A stretch of DNA of 64,000 bases from a virus. The stretch lies in the IMG/VR virus record IMGVR_UViG_3300042341_001047. The stretch is one strand, 5' to 3'. Of this stretch, positions 1 through 9,815 are shown piece after piece (the stretch's first letter is position 1; every line of letters begins with the position of its first letter). The notes below the pieces were generated by a model that worked only from the letters and a program-made list of their open reading frames with translations, searched no databases and was not told where the DNA came from. The translations under genes were made by a program, and so were the position numbers.

Positions 1-244
1 CCCAAGTAAGTTTCTAACAAAAGAAAGATTTGAACTAGTTAAAGATTACTACAAAGTAAGAATGGAGAAGGATGAAATTCTAAGATATAAAAATGTAAAC
101 CAATGGATTAACCCTAAAGGTTGGAGTGTGTATGATATCTTAGATGAAGTTACTTTGAAAAAGATTAAAGAAGTTTACAAAAAATACTACAACTTTGATA
201 ACTTTTATATTTCTAATGATAAGAAAGAATTTAAAATTAAATAA
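1..244 (+). CDS. hypothetical protein (possibly 5'-truncated)
   Basis: ORF track 62..244; may extend beyond the window start. Confidence 0.4.
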   Translation, partial: PSKFLTKERFELVKDYYKVRMEKDEILRYKNVNQWINPKGWSVYDILDEVTLKKIKEVYKKYYNFDNFYISNDKKEFKIK

Positions 245-261
245 CAATTAAAAAACATAAT

Positions 262-498
262 ATGAAAAGTAAAATAAAATCACCAGCTATGAAAACAGAA
301 AAAGCAATCTCTACTGAACCAGTTAAGAGAACAAGAACTACAAGAGCTAAAGTAGTATCTCCTATTCAAACAGAAATGACTAAATTAGAAACTGCTTTTA
401 TGGCAGCAATGACTGGTCAAATGAAATTCAAAGAAGTTAAATCTATCTTCCTTGAAATTCATAAAGAAATCAAAAAATCTGCAAAGTCAAAAAATTAA
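262..498 (+). CDS. small basic hypothetical protein
   Basis: 78 aa K/R/T-rich ORF with AT-rich leader. Confidence 0.6.
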   Translation: MKSKIKSPAMKTEKAISTEPVKRTRTTRAKVVSPIQTEMTKLETAFMAAMTGQMKFKEVKSIFLEIHKEIKKSAKSKN

Positions 499-507
499 TA
501 ATTTTAG

Positions 508-1230
508 ATGCTGATACCTTATCTAGGAGAAAAATCTAAATTTGCTAATTTTATAGTACCGAACATTCCTAAAGATATTTCTACTTATGTAGAACCATTT
601 GGTGGGATGTTTGGTATTTTTTTTGCATTAGACTTTACTAAGTTTAATGATGTTAAATTTATCTACAATGATAAAAACAATCTAAACTATCTACTTTTTA
701 AAAATCTTCAAAACGATAAATTCATTGAGTTAGTTAGATACACTGAAGTCAATAAAGAATATTATAGAAGTTGTCTTAAAAATCTAATCATAGAAAAAGA
801 TGAAATTTTACTTTCCTTATATTGGTTAGTAATTTTAACTTGCTCTTCACCTTATGAAATAGGCAAAGACTCTTGGAGAAACAATAGTGAATTTGAAATA
901 TTCAAAATGAAATACAGAGCCTATAGTCATCATCTGAATAAAATTGATGAAATACATAACTATGATTATCAAAAATTAATTGATATGTATGATTCTGAAT
1001 CGACATTCTTTTATGTAGACCCACCTTATATGGGTAAAGAAGAGTATTATATTAATCATGATTTTAATAAAGATACTCATAAAGAACTATCTGAAGTTCT
1101 TAATAATATTAAAGGAAAATTCTTGTTAAGTTATTATTACTTTGATGGAATAGAAGACCTTTATCCTAATTGTAGATTTGATTCTAAAATTACAATAATG
1201 GGAACAGAGTTAATAATTATGAATTATTAA
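508..1230 (+). CDS. dam: DNA adenine methyltransferase (Dam/D12 class)
   Basis: PYLGEK, YVEPFGG (SAM binding), IYND and DPPY catalytic motif. Confidence 0.9.
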   Translation: MLIPYLGEKSKFANFIVPNIPKDISTYVEPFGGMFGIFFALDFTKFNDVKFIYNDKNNLNYLLFKNLQNDKFIELVRYTEVNKEYYRSCLKNLIIEKDEILLSLYWLVILTCSSPYEIGKDSWRNNSEFEIFKMKYRAYSHHLNKIDEIHNYDYQKLIDMYDSESTFFYVDPPYMGKEEYYINHDFNKDTHKELSEVLNNIKGKFLLSYYYFDGIEDLYPNCRFDSKITIMGTELIIMNY

Positions 1231-1233
1231 ATT

Positions 1234-2145
1234 CTAAAGGATAGTTATAAAATTATGAACTATACTTTTAATATCTTCGGTGATCTCGTATTTTTTACCA
1301 TCATACTCTATTACAACATTTTTAATATTATCTTTATTAAAACCTAGGTCTATTATATCTTTATCTGAAATAATATAGTCTATTTTAATAGAGTCAGTAA
1401 TTATTGATAAATTAATAGGCGATGTAATATTGTAGAAATATATCTCTACATTTTTATCAGATTTTGATATGAAATATTTCACACCTTCTATATTAGAATA
1501 ATTATGAATGTCCATATTTTTATAATAATATATTTCATCATCCACATAACTATTTTCTAGAGTATAGTTGAATTTATTGGATTTTAATAGGTTAAATAAC
1601 CAATCTTCAGTTATACCATGTATTTTTAGATATTCATCTAAAGTTAGATTTGGAAGAAATTTTATTAAGTGCTCTCTATCAAATACCATAAGATGTAAAC
1701 TAACTTGATGTTCATGAAAATGATAGAAGTTAGATTTCTTATCATTTGATGATAAAGCATTTATAACAACATCATCTATTTTTAGGTCATAAATAATATG
1801 ATAGAAAATATCATAATTATATGTTAAAGCATATTCTGATAGTTTTTTAACTTGATATATATTAGCCCAACCATAATCAGGAAGTCCTCTACTTATTTTA
1901 ATTGATTTAGTTGGTGTTTTATGTAAAACCCAAGAGTAAAGTATCTTTTTACCAAAATTTAATACCGGATTTTCTTTTGTCTGAATATAATAATCACATA
2001 AGCCAGTAACTTCAGTTGGTAAAATAATAGGGCTATTAAGCATAACATCTAGCCCTAATTTTTTTAATATTCCAATATTTTTAACTAGAACATCTATTTT
2101 CTCTTGTGTGTTACAATAAGAACTTATAAGTACAATTTTTTTCAT
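1234..2145 (-). CDS. hypothetical protein (possible glycosyltransferase-like N-terminus)
   Basis: 303 aa ORF; no decisive motif. Confidence 0.55.
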   Translation of the reverse strand: MKKIVLISSYCNTQEKIDVLVKNIGILKKLGLDVMLNSPIILPTEVTGLCDYYIQTKENPVLNFGKKILYSWVLHKTPTKSIKISRGLPDYGWANIYQVKKLSEYALTYNYDIFYHIIYDLKIDDVVINALSSNDKKSNFYHFHEHQVSLHLMVFDREHLIKFLPNLTLDEYLKIHGITEDWLFNLLKSNKFNYTLENSYVDDEIYYYKNMDIHNYSNIEGVKYFISKSDKNVEIYFYNITSPINLSIITDSIKIDYIISDKDIIDLGFNKDNIKNVVIEYDGKKYEITEDIKSIVHNFITIL

Positions 2146-2154
2146 TAATTAGTT

Positions 2155-2601
2155 TTATATCCTATAAATTCCCGGTTCATCAGATTCATCTAAGAATCTT
2201 CCAACTTTTATCATAACTGGATATGATGGTAAATAATGAGTTGAATACTTCCCGTGTTGGTCACGAAAGTCCCAATCAATCTTCTCCAACTCACCAACTG
2301 AGTAAACACATCTAATAGAATTAGGAATTCCTTGTCTTTCAGCTAACTCACAAAATTGATTATACATATCAGTGGCAATTTCTTCAACTGATTCTGGTGT
2401 AGTTGTACAACCAGGATGAACATCAATATCCATTGGTATTACAATACTATCTGAATACTTAGTATTGATATTATTAGCAATATCTTCAGCATTTTTTTGA
2501 AATGATTTAGGAGTTGCGGATAAGATATGACAATATTTTATCCAATCACCTGGTGTTCCATCTTTAGGACAAACTTTTATGTAAATAACTCCGTATTCCA
2601 T
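2155..2601 (-). CDS. hypothetical protein
   Basis: 148 aa ORF coupled to the upstream HD gene. Confidence 0.6.
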   Translation of the reverse strand: MEYGVIYIKVCPKDGTPGDWIKYCHILSATPKSFQKNAEDIANNINTKYSDSIVIPMDIDVHPGCTTTPESVEEIATDMYNQFCELAERQGIPNSIRCVYSVGELEKIDWDFRDQHGKYSTHYLPSYPVMIKVGRFLDESDEPGIYRI

Positions 2602-3191
2602 TAGTAGTTAGTTTTTACCCAATCAACCAATTTAAGTAAGTTCTCAGTATTGTGAGGATATTTATTTAAAATAGATTCTAAGAATTTTAATCTACCTTCT
2701 TTATATAACTCACCATAAGCTTTAAATTCTTCATGTATTCCGTTCTCCCACTCTAATAGTTGATCGAAATCTCTTTCAACAATACTCATATCATAGTGAT
2801 TAAATGACTCAGAAAGGTTTGTTGTAGCTTGGTGAGTCTTCGTATCTAAAATCATCTGTCTTACTTCTAAGACATCTTTATTTGACTTATCTGAACAACA
2901 TTCCATAAAGAAATCTGCTGATTTTTCTTCGTTATCACTTTTCATCGGATCATAAACACAATCGTGAAAAAGAGCAGTTAACATTAACTTCTCATATTCT
3001 TTATCTGAGTATTTTGATTTACTTTCATTGATTTGGTCAATCACATCATTTAAGTGATTTAATGTATGGTAAGATCTATGAGATTCATTCCACATTGAAA
3101 GTAATGTATTAACATCACATTTAATATTCCATTTGTTAAGTAATTCTTGTAAGTTCATATTTTTATTTATTTTTATAAAATTCAACTCCAA
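2601..3191 (-). CDS. HD-domain phosphohydrolase (likely start 3158)
   Basis: RSYHTLNH, ALFHDCVYDP, DNEEKSA, ILDTKTH. Confidence 0.8.
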   Translation of the reverse strand: MELNFIKINKNMNLQELLNKWNIKCDVNTLLSMWNESHRSYHTLNHLNDVIDQINESKSKYSDKEYEKLMLTALFHDCVYDPMKSDNEEKSADFFMECCSDKSNKDVLEVRQMILDTKTHQATTNLSESFNHYDMSIVERDFDQLLEWENGIHEEFKAYGELYKEGRLKFLESILNKYPHNTENLLKLVDWVKTNY

Positions 3192-3525
3192 ATTTATTTG
3201 AAATTTGTTCAGCTTTTTCTAAATTTTTTTCTTCAACAAAAAACACCCATTTGAATCCAGGATATTTATCATTTATTTCAAAGATATTATGATTATTTAT
3301 AATATTACCAGTATTATCTACAAATTTAGGTGGAGTGGAGAATCCTTGATTCCACATAAGATTGTCCATTTCTTTTCTAATATTCTCTTTTGTTCTAACA
3401 CTAGTTTTAATAAAGTCCATAATAACAGAAGGATATACGATTTTTTCAATACCCCTACTATTAGTAAACGTAATAGGACTTATCAAAAAACCATCTAAAT
3501 TTTCATTAAATCTTTTAATTTTCAT
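3163..3525 (-). CDS. putative head-targeted protein (MKIKRFNE leader)
   Basis: N-terminal leader motif; TAATATATA on minus strand at 3530-3538. Confidence 0.6.
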   Translation of the reverse strand: MKIKRFNENLDGFLISPITFTNSRGIEKIVYPSVIMDFIKTSVRTKENIRKEMDNLMWNQGFSTPPKFVDNTGNIINNHNIFEINDKYPGFKWVFFVEEKNLEKAEQISNKFGVEFYKNK

Positions 3526-3528
3526 AAA

Positions 3529-3750
3529 CTATATATTAAATATAGATTTGATTCTTTCTTTTCTTATTCTAACTCTTTCATATTTAGAGTGAAGACTATG
3601 CCATTCCATTAAAGAAGCATTAATACTTGACTTACCAGTTTGTCTAGACTTCAACATAATCATATTTTTACCACTAAGTAATTGGCCAAAGACATCAAGA
3701 GTTTCTTTATTATCCATAAATTCTTTTAATTTTTTCTTTTCGTCTTTCAA
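3529..3750 (-). CDS. tagged mini-protein carrying a terminase Walker A fragment
   Basis: MIMLKSRQTGKS plus C-terminal RKERIKSIF. Confidence 0.7.
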   Translation of the reverse strand: MKDEKKKLKEFMDNKETLDVFGQLLSGKNMIMLKSRQTGKSSINASLMEWHSLHSKYERVRIRKERIKSIFNI

Positions 3751-3892
3751 TTTTATCTCTATACTTACGAGAATTAGACATTATTGTATAAATTTCTTTA
3801 CTAAATTTTTCTAAAATATTATTTTGATATTTAGATTTACTCTGATTTATCATACCAATATGATCCAATACAATAATATCTCTTTTAATCAT
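3710..3892 (-). CDS. tagged mini-protein carrying an SF4 helicase Walker B-like fragment
   Basis: DIIVLDHIGMI plus C-terminal RKEKIKRIY. Confidence 0.6.
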   Translation of the reverse strand: MIKRDIIVLDHIGMINQSKSKYQNNILEKFSKEIYTIMSNSRKYRDKIERRKEKIKRIYG

Positions 3893-4124
3893 TTAATAGT
3901 TGGTCAATCTTATTATTTCTTTTTTCCGCTTTTTCTTTAGCCAAACGGATAGCCTTTCGTTCTTCAGATTCTTCTGTTAAATTTGTTGAGTTATAATAAA
4001 CTCCAAGTTGGTCTATTAAGTCCTCATAGTTACTATATTTAGATTCAGATTTATCTAAACCATAAACCATATAATCACCATATTTAGTACCACCAAATAT
4101 GTCTTTGTAATATTCTTCTTTCAT
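3885..4124 (-). CDS. tagged hypothetical protein
   Basis: C-terminal RNNKIDQLL. Confidence 0.65.
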   Translation of the reverse strand: MKEEYYKDIFGGTKYGDYMVYGLDKSESKYSNYEDLIDQLGVYYNSTNLTEESEERKAIRLAKEKAEKRNNKIDQLLND

Positions 4125-4459
4125 TCTAATATATTTTTAATTTTCCAATCTCTTACATTTTCATAAAAATCAATAAAACTATTCATTCTATGATTCTGAA
4201 TATTTTTGAATGATTCTATTTTATTAATAATATCATCAATCAATTCTTTTTCTTCAATTAATTGAGAACCATCTGAACCAGGATATCCTAACCAGATTTT
4301 AGGCTCCTTGTTCTTCCTACCATCTAAACAAATTTCAATTTCATCACTATTTAAATGATGGTCTGATAAGTATTTAGACCATTGTGGTCCACCTAAATTA
4401 CATCTTAGAGAGATAGTTCCCCCGTCTCTATATGAGTCAAAACTTTTTATATTAAGCAT
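4121..4459 (-). CDS. tagged hypothetical protein
   Basis: C-terminal RDWKIKNIL. Confidence 0.65.
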   Translation of the reverse strand: MLNIKSFDSYRDGGTISLRCNLGGPQWSKYLSDHHLNSDEIEICLDGRKNKEPKIWLGYPGSDGSQLIEEKELIDDIINKIESFKNIQNHRMNSFIDFYENVRDWKIKNILE

Positions 4460-4460
4460 T

Positions 4461-5195
4461 TTAAATGTTTTTTAAATCATTTTTGATTTTTTCCATACCG
4501 GTTGATGCCAATTCTTGGTAATGAGTAAATAAGTGTGTTCTATATTCTGGTATATAAAAATCAACATCTGATAAATCTACATAATAAATAGAAGCACTTT
4601 CTTTGGTTAAGAATGGAATTGTGTTAGCAGGTGATACTTTCATTGAAGTTCCAACAACAATACAAACATCACATTCTTTAGCAGCAGTCGTAGCCATATC
4701 AACAAAATTTGGATCTAGATTTTCACCAAACCAAACAATATGAGGTCTTAATTGAGAACCAGTTGTTGGACATTTATCACCAATTTTAATTGGATTATAT
4801 CCTATATCAATAACGGCATCTAATGGTGATGTTTTATGATCATACATACAACCTCTAGCCTTTGTTAACTCACCATGTAAGTGAATTACATTAGTTGAAC
4901 CAGATCTTTCGTGTAAATCATCGACATTTTGAGTCACAACGGTAACATCATAGTCTTTTTCTAATTCAGCAATTATTTTATGTGCCAAATTTGGTTCAAC
5001 TTCATTCATTTGAGCACGTCTCATATTGTAGAAATTAAGAACTTTTTCTCTATCTCTACGCCACCCATCAGGGGTAGCAACATCTTCTATTCTGTGATTA
5101 TACCAAAGCCCATCGTCTCCAGTTCTGAATGTAGCAACACCACTTTCAGCTGAAACTCCCGCTCCAGTAAAAATCAATACTTTTTTCTTTTCCAT
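4461..5195 (-). CDS. cobB: Sir2/CobB NAD-dependent deacylase
   Basis: TGAGVSAESGVATFR, TQNVDDLHERSG, HLHGE, RPHIVWFGE, VGTS. Confidence 0.93.
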   Translation of the reverse strand: MEKKKVLIFTGAGVSAESGVATFRTGDDGLWYNHRIEDVATPDGWRRDREKVLNFYNMRRAQMNEVEPNLAHKIIAELEKDYDVTVVTQNVDDLHERSGSTNVIHLHGELTKARGCMYDHKTSPLDAVIDIGYNPIKIGDKCPTTGSQLRPHIVWFGENLDPNFVDMATTAAKECDVCIVVGTSMKVSPANTIPFLTKESASIYYVDLSDVDFYIPEYRTHLFTHYQELASTGMEKIKNDLKNI

Positions 5196-5250
5196 AATAT
5201 TTTACAAATTTAATTAATTAAAGTTTAATATCAAAGAAACTCTTAATAAA

Positions 5251-5259
5251 TAATATATA
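5251..5259 (+). promoter_or_regulatory. putative phage late promoter TAATATATA (representative copy)
   Basis: Same motif shortly upstream of starts at 9800, 15578, 34299, 35776, 38466, 48806, 50071, 52446, 55209, 61422, 61866 (+) and 3530, 21684, 23411, 27054, 40425, 47852, 60445 (-). Confidence 0.65.
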
Positions 5260-5281
5260 CATAAAAGAATTACAGAGTTTA

Positions 5282-8200
5282 ATGGCAAATTTTTCAGACT
5301 ATCCACTTAGGCCAAAAATACCTAATCTAGGAACATCCTCAATACCAGCTGTGGTAGCAACTACATCGATGAAATCACCGTTGGATAATTCTTTTATTAA
5401 AAATATGAGTTCTATCATATCCAAAAAACCTTTATTAATTTCAAAGGCAGATTTAATAGGTCTTGGGAAAAATAAAAAGTTAGTTGGATATAATCCTTTA
5501 CAAGACTTAGTATCAGATGCTGGTAAATCATTTAGTCCTAGAATTATAAACTGGGTTGAACCATATGAAATAAATGGTATTGATAAAAGTTTATTTTACA
5601 CTGAAGTCAATTCAGGACTTAAAGTTGGAGATAGAGTATTTATATTAAATGGAAATTATGATAGTGATAGTTTAATTATATCCAATAAATATAAAAAAGG
5701 CAGAGACGGGTATAAAGTTCTTTTTGTTGATAATTGTCAAATAGTCTTAGATATAGATTATACTGGAGTTTTACCATATTTAGAAGAATCAATAGATAAA
5801 TTTATAAAAGTTTATTACATAAAAAATGTACAAGATTTTTTACATGCTAATAGACATGCAACTACTGGATCTGCTGAATTTGATTATAAATTTAACTACT
5901 ACCAAAATAACATAGCATTTATTGACCAAGATTATACAACAACAACAAGTTGGGGTAGAAATGGTGGTATTATAGGTTCACCTGGATTCTTTGTAAAATC
6001 TGGTATAACACAAAGTTGGACAAATATTAGTAATGATTTAATTAATAGTGGATCATATTCATATGCACTTTCACCTATTTATTCAAATAATGATAGAATA
6101 AAAATAATGGAAAGTGACTTTACCTATAATGGTAAAACATTTCAAGAAGGATTTGTATATAAATGGAATGTAGGACCTACTCAATCAGAGTGGATAGTTG
6201 ATGTTAAATACTCTAAACCACTTATAACAAAGGGTAATTTTAGAGATGGTAATTTTAATGGATTTTGGAATACTGGTTTATTTGGTAGTCAAAATAAACA
6301 AATAAAGTGGGAGGGCAAAACTTCAACTTGGAAATCAGGAACTTTATTAAATACAAATTGGATAAAAGGAACATATGAGGCTTTATATACATTACCAGAG
6401 AGTTATTACTCTGGGTTAAATGATGATGGATTTCCATATCAGAAACTAAATACACCTAATAATTCAGGTAGGAGTTTTAATTTTATAATAGACTCTATTA
6501 TAGAACAATCAACAATTAATAATGGTACAATTATTAATTCAATAATAGGAACTTCATCAGCAACTTATTCAGTTGTTGAAAACTATTTGATGAATTATAC
6601 AACACCTTATCCAAATCTTATTAAGAAAGCTTATTTTGAAGATTGTAATTTTAATAATGCTTACATTTCTAATTCTGAATTAAAAAATATTAAAACAAAT
6701 AACTCAAAGTTTGAAAATGTAAAATCAGTAAACTCTTATTTTAGAAACTCTGTTTTTATCAACTCAAATTATAATAGTGATAACATTATAAAAATATTAG
6801 GATATGATGAGTTAAATGCAACTGAATATCCAAGTATAGGTTCAACATTTAGTATTGGTGGATCATATGCTTCATTAAATGATGTATCTCAAAAAGTTTA
6901 TAAATTTTATATAAACGAAAGTGGTTATAATAGATTAAAAACTGGAGATAAACTATACATAAAAGGTATAAAGTTAAATAATAGTAGTAAAGAAATACTA
7001 AATCTATTTGATAAGAAATTAAGATTAGGGTCTTGGACAGAATATATTGATGATTATAACATCTATACAAATAAATTCTTTAAAAGAGGTATTGATGTCT
7101 CTGCATTTTTATCTTCTCCTTTAGAGAATTCATATTTATTCGAAAGTGTTAGAAAACCAATCGATCCATTGAACACAACTTCACCTGATACTTATCACAC
7201 TTCAGTTTATTCTGCTAACCCAAATAGTAATCTTTATTCAATAGATATTTGGATGAGTATTTATGATATAAATGATGAAGTTTTATTACCTTCTAGTCCA
7301 GGTTTAAATGGTATGACATCACCAACACCAAATAGACCATTTTTGAAAGAATATTTAAATATAAATACTAGTTGGGAATATCCAACTAAATATGATTATA
7401 TTTCAGCAACTGGATCAGGCCCAGTAAAATTAGGAAACATAGTAGATGTGACAAACGCATATATCGTTGATGCTGATTTTGAAAGTGGTATTTTTGAAAA
7501 CTCAAATTGGAATAGTGGATATCATATAAATTCTCAAACTGACTTAAATATAACAGATTCGTCAGCAACTTCATCATTAAATGATGGAGTTTATAACTTA
7601 TCATTTACTTCAAGTAATAGTTTATTAGCAACTTCTTTATATAATCAATTTCATCAAGAAACTGAATATCCTTTATTTGTAGGAGAGGTTGTATTTTTAG
7701 ATGGTGTTGATTTTAATGATGGTACAACCATTACAAGATTACCAGATGCTTACAAAGTAGTTTCAAATAATTTATTAGGAGTTTATAAATTAGAAGAGTT
7801 AGTAACAGGTACAGTTAGTATCATATCATCATTAACTCAATCAACAGGAACTTTCTCTACAACTAATGCGGGTAATAGATATGGTTATATTAAATCACTT
7901 AAATTCAATAAATCAAAAATAAAATCTGGTATCTTTAGAAGACCTTATATCACAAACTCTATAATTGAGAACGATTCTTATGATTCTTTGGATAAAGATT
8001 TTAGTGATATACCAAAACTTAGAAACTTAGTAGTAACAGACTCTTTATTTACAAATAAGTCAAATAGATTATCATCAGCTACTTATCTTTATTCATCGTT
8101 TTTATCTGGTAGTGATAGTTGGAATAATGGTATAATACAAAACTCTATATGGGTTAATGGTACTTTCTCAAGTGGTGTTATAAAAGAATCATCTTGGTTA

Positions 8201-9772
8201 GATGGTGTATTCACTGGTGGTCAGTTTTATGGATCAAGAAGTTTCAACGATAACGCAACATCAGATTATCAATATTATGATACTAATAGAATTAGAACTT
8301 ATTATAAAAATGGTTATACTTATGGTAGTCCATATACAGTAGTTGTTGGAACTACTTCAAATGATAGATATTCTTGGAGAGGTGGAGTTTTCTTAAATGG
8401 ATTATTCTCTAAGAGTGATTGGGAAAGTGGTACTTTCTCAGGTGGTCAGTTTTTCAACTCAAAATGGTATGATGGTATTTTTGAAAATGGAACTTTAGGA
8501 AGTAATCAATTATCAACAAGTGATACAATTTTCTACAATGGAACTTTTAGTTATGTAACAGTTGAAAATGCTTTAATTTACGCGAGTGATACAAGTCATT
8601 CAGGAATGTCAAGTTCCACAATTGTTTGGAAAAATGGAGTATTTAATAATGGTATATTCTCTACGGATTATCAACAATCAGCATTAAATAGTACATCAAA
8701 TACAGCAACTTGGGAAAATGGACTATTTAATGGTGGTCAATTTGTATCAATGGCTAAGTGGAAAAGTGGAACATTTAATAATGGTAAATTTACATCAGCA
8801 TATGGATGGTCACAAAGCAGTTCAACACTTCAATCAGATTATAGTTGGGAAAGTGGTAAATTTAACGGAGGTGAATTTGGAAATGCAAACGGATTAAGTA
8901 ACTCAACTTGGTATACAGGAGAGTTTAATAATGGAGTATTCAAAGGTAGAGTTTGGAACGATGGTATATTTTTATATGGTGAATTCCAAGGTAGTGGAGA
9001 TAGTCCGGTAAGTGGATTAACTTGTGGAAACGCATCTGATTTTGTTAACGCATATACATACTCATATTGGGGACATTGGAGAAATGGTATATTCACAGAT
9101 GTAAAAGATAAATTTATAACAGATATAAAACTTTACACAAAGATTAAAAAGTCAATGGATGTTGAAACTAGAGGAGCAAGAGCTAAGTTTAAAAATGCTT
9201 TATGGGAATCCGGAACATTTAGTCATCCAAGTGGAGAAATGTTTAGTTCGGTTTGGTTAGATGGTTCTTTTGAAAGTGGTAAATTCAAATCAAGTTCATT
9301 CAATCCATATGTAAAAAGAGGAGGTTCTTTACAACCATCATTTAACTTAAATGATGATACTTGTTATTGGGAAAATGGTCAATTAGAAGATAGTGATTTT
9401 TATATTTCTAGATGGAAAAATGGAACATTCACTATAGGTACAGCAACGGGTATGATATGGGAAAATGGTGTTAATAATTATATGAACGCATTTAATGTAT
9501 TCTGGGAAGCAGGAACTTGGAAAAATGGAAACTGGTATGGATCTTCTTTTCAATTTGATGGAGAAGTTGATGATGATTATACAATGCAAATACTAATGAG
9601 AGGAATGTATTGGAGTGGAACATCTTCATGTCATGTTTGGAATATATTCTTGGATAATGAATATGAACCATCAGTTATGAGTTTTACAGCAAGTACTCCA
9701 GTTTTATCACCTCGAAATCTTGGACCACAAGATCAGTCCCCTCTTCCTATAGATACTAACCCAGTAGAGTAG
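5282..9772 (+). CDS. large probable virion structural protein with W-x-N-G-x-F repeats
   Basis: 1496 aa, S/T/N/G-rich, many WENG.FNGG.F repeats; late-type promoter. Confidence 0.65.
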   Translation: MANFSDYPLRPKIPNLGTSSIPAVVATTSMKSPLDNSFIKNMSSIISKKPLLISKADLIGLGKNKKLVGYNPLQDLVSDAGKSFSPRIINWVEPYEINGIDKSLFYTEVNSGLKVGDRVFILNGNYDSDSLIISNKYKKGRDGYKVLFVDNCQIVLDIDYTGVLPYLEESIDKFIKVYYIKNVQDFLHANRHATTGSAEFDYKFNYYQNNIAFIDQDYTTTTSWGRNGGIIGSPGFFVKSGITQSWTNISNDLINSGSYSYALSPIYSNNDRIKIMESDFTYNGKTFQEGFVYKWNVGPTQSEWIVDVKYSKPLITKGNFRDGNFNGFWNTGLFGSQNKQIKWEGKTSTWKSGTLLNTNWIKGTYEALYTLPESYYSGLNDDGFPYQKLNTPNNSGRSFNFIIDSIIEQSTINNGTIINSIIGTSSATYSVVENYLMNYTTPYPNLIKKAYFEDCNFNNAYISNSELKNIKTNNSKFENVKSVNSYFRNSVFINSNYNSDNIIKILGYDELNATEYPSIGSTFSIGGSYASLNDVSQKVYKFYINESGYNRLKTGDKLYIKGIKLNNSSKEILNLFDKKLRLGSWTEYIDDYNIYTNKFFKRGIDVSAFLSSPLENSYLFESVRKPIDPLNTTSPDTYHTSVYSANPNSNLYSIDIWMSIYDINDEVLLPSSPGLNGMTSPTPNRPFLKEYLNINTSWEYPTKYDYISATGSGPVKLGNIVDVTNAYIVDADFESGIFENSNWNSGYHINSQTDLNITDSSATSSLNDGVYNLSFTSSNSLLATSLYNQFHQETEYPLFVGEVVFLDGVDFNDGTTITRLPDAYKVVSNNLLGVYKLEELVTGTVSIISSLTQSTGTFSTTNAGNRYGYIKSLKFNKSKIKSGIFRRPYITNSIIENDSYDSLDKDFSDIPKLRNLVVTDSLFTNKSNRLSSATYLYSSFLSGSDSWNNGIIQNSIWVNGTFSSGVIKESSWLDGVFTGGQFYGSRSFNDNATSDYQYYDTNRIRTYYKNGYTYGSPYTVVVGTTSNDRYSWRGGVFLNGLFSKSDWESGTFSGGQFFNSKWYDGIFENGTLGSNQLSTSDTIFYNGTFSYVTVENALIYASDTSHSGMSSSTIVWKNGVFNNGIFSTDYQQSALNSTSNTATWENGLFNGGQFVSMAKWKSGTFNNGKFTSAYGWSQSSSTLQSDYSWESGKFNGGEFGNANGLSNSTWYTGEFNNGVFKGRVWNDGIFLYGEFQGSGDSPVSGLTCGNASDFVNAYTYSYWGHWRNGIFTDVKDKFITDIKLYTKIKKSMDVETRGARAKFKNALWESGTFSHPSGEMFSSVWLDGSFESGKFKSSSFNPYVKRGGSLQPSFNLNDDTCYWENGQLEDSDFYISRWKNGTFTIGTATGMIWENGVNNYMNAFNVFWEAGTWKNGNWYGSSFQFDGEVDDDYTMQILMRGMYWSGTSSCHVWNIFLDNEYEPSVMSFTASTPVLSPRNLGPQDQSPLPIDTNPVE

Positions 9773-9815
9773 TAAATTTTTATTACAATGAAAGTAAAAT
9801 AATATATATAATAAT

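Noticed and set aside
2155-2601. Possible class III nucleotide cyclase fold (IRCVYSVGE...IKVGRFLD..EPG)
   Set aside because: The resemblance is faint and the catalytic Asp motifs are not clear; it needs a structure search.
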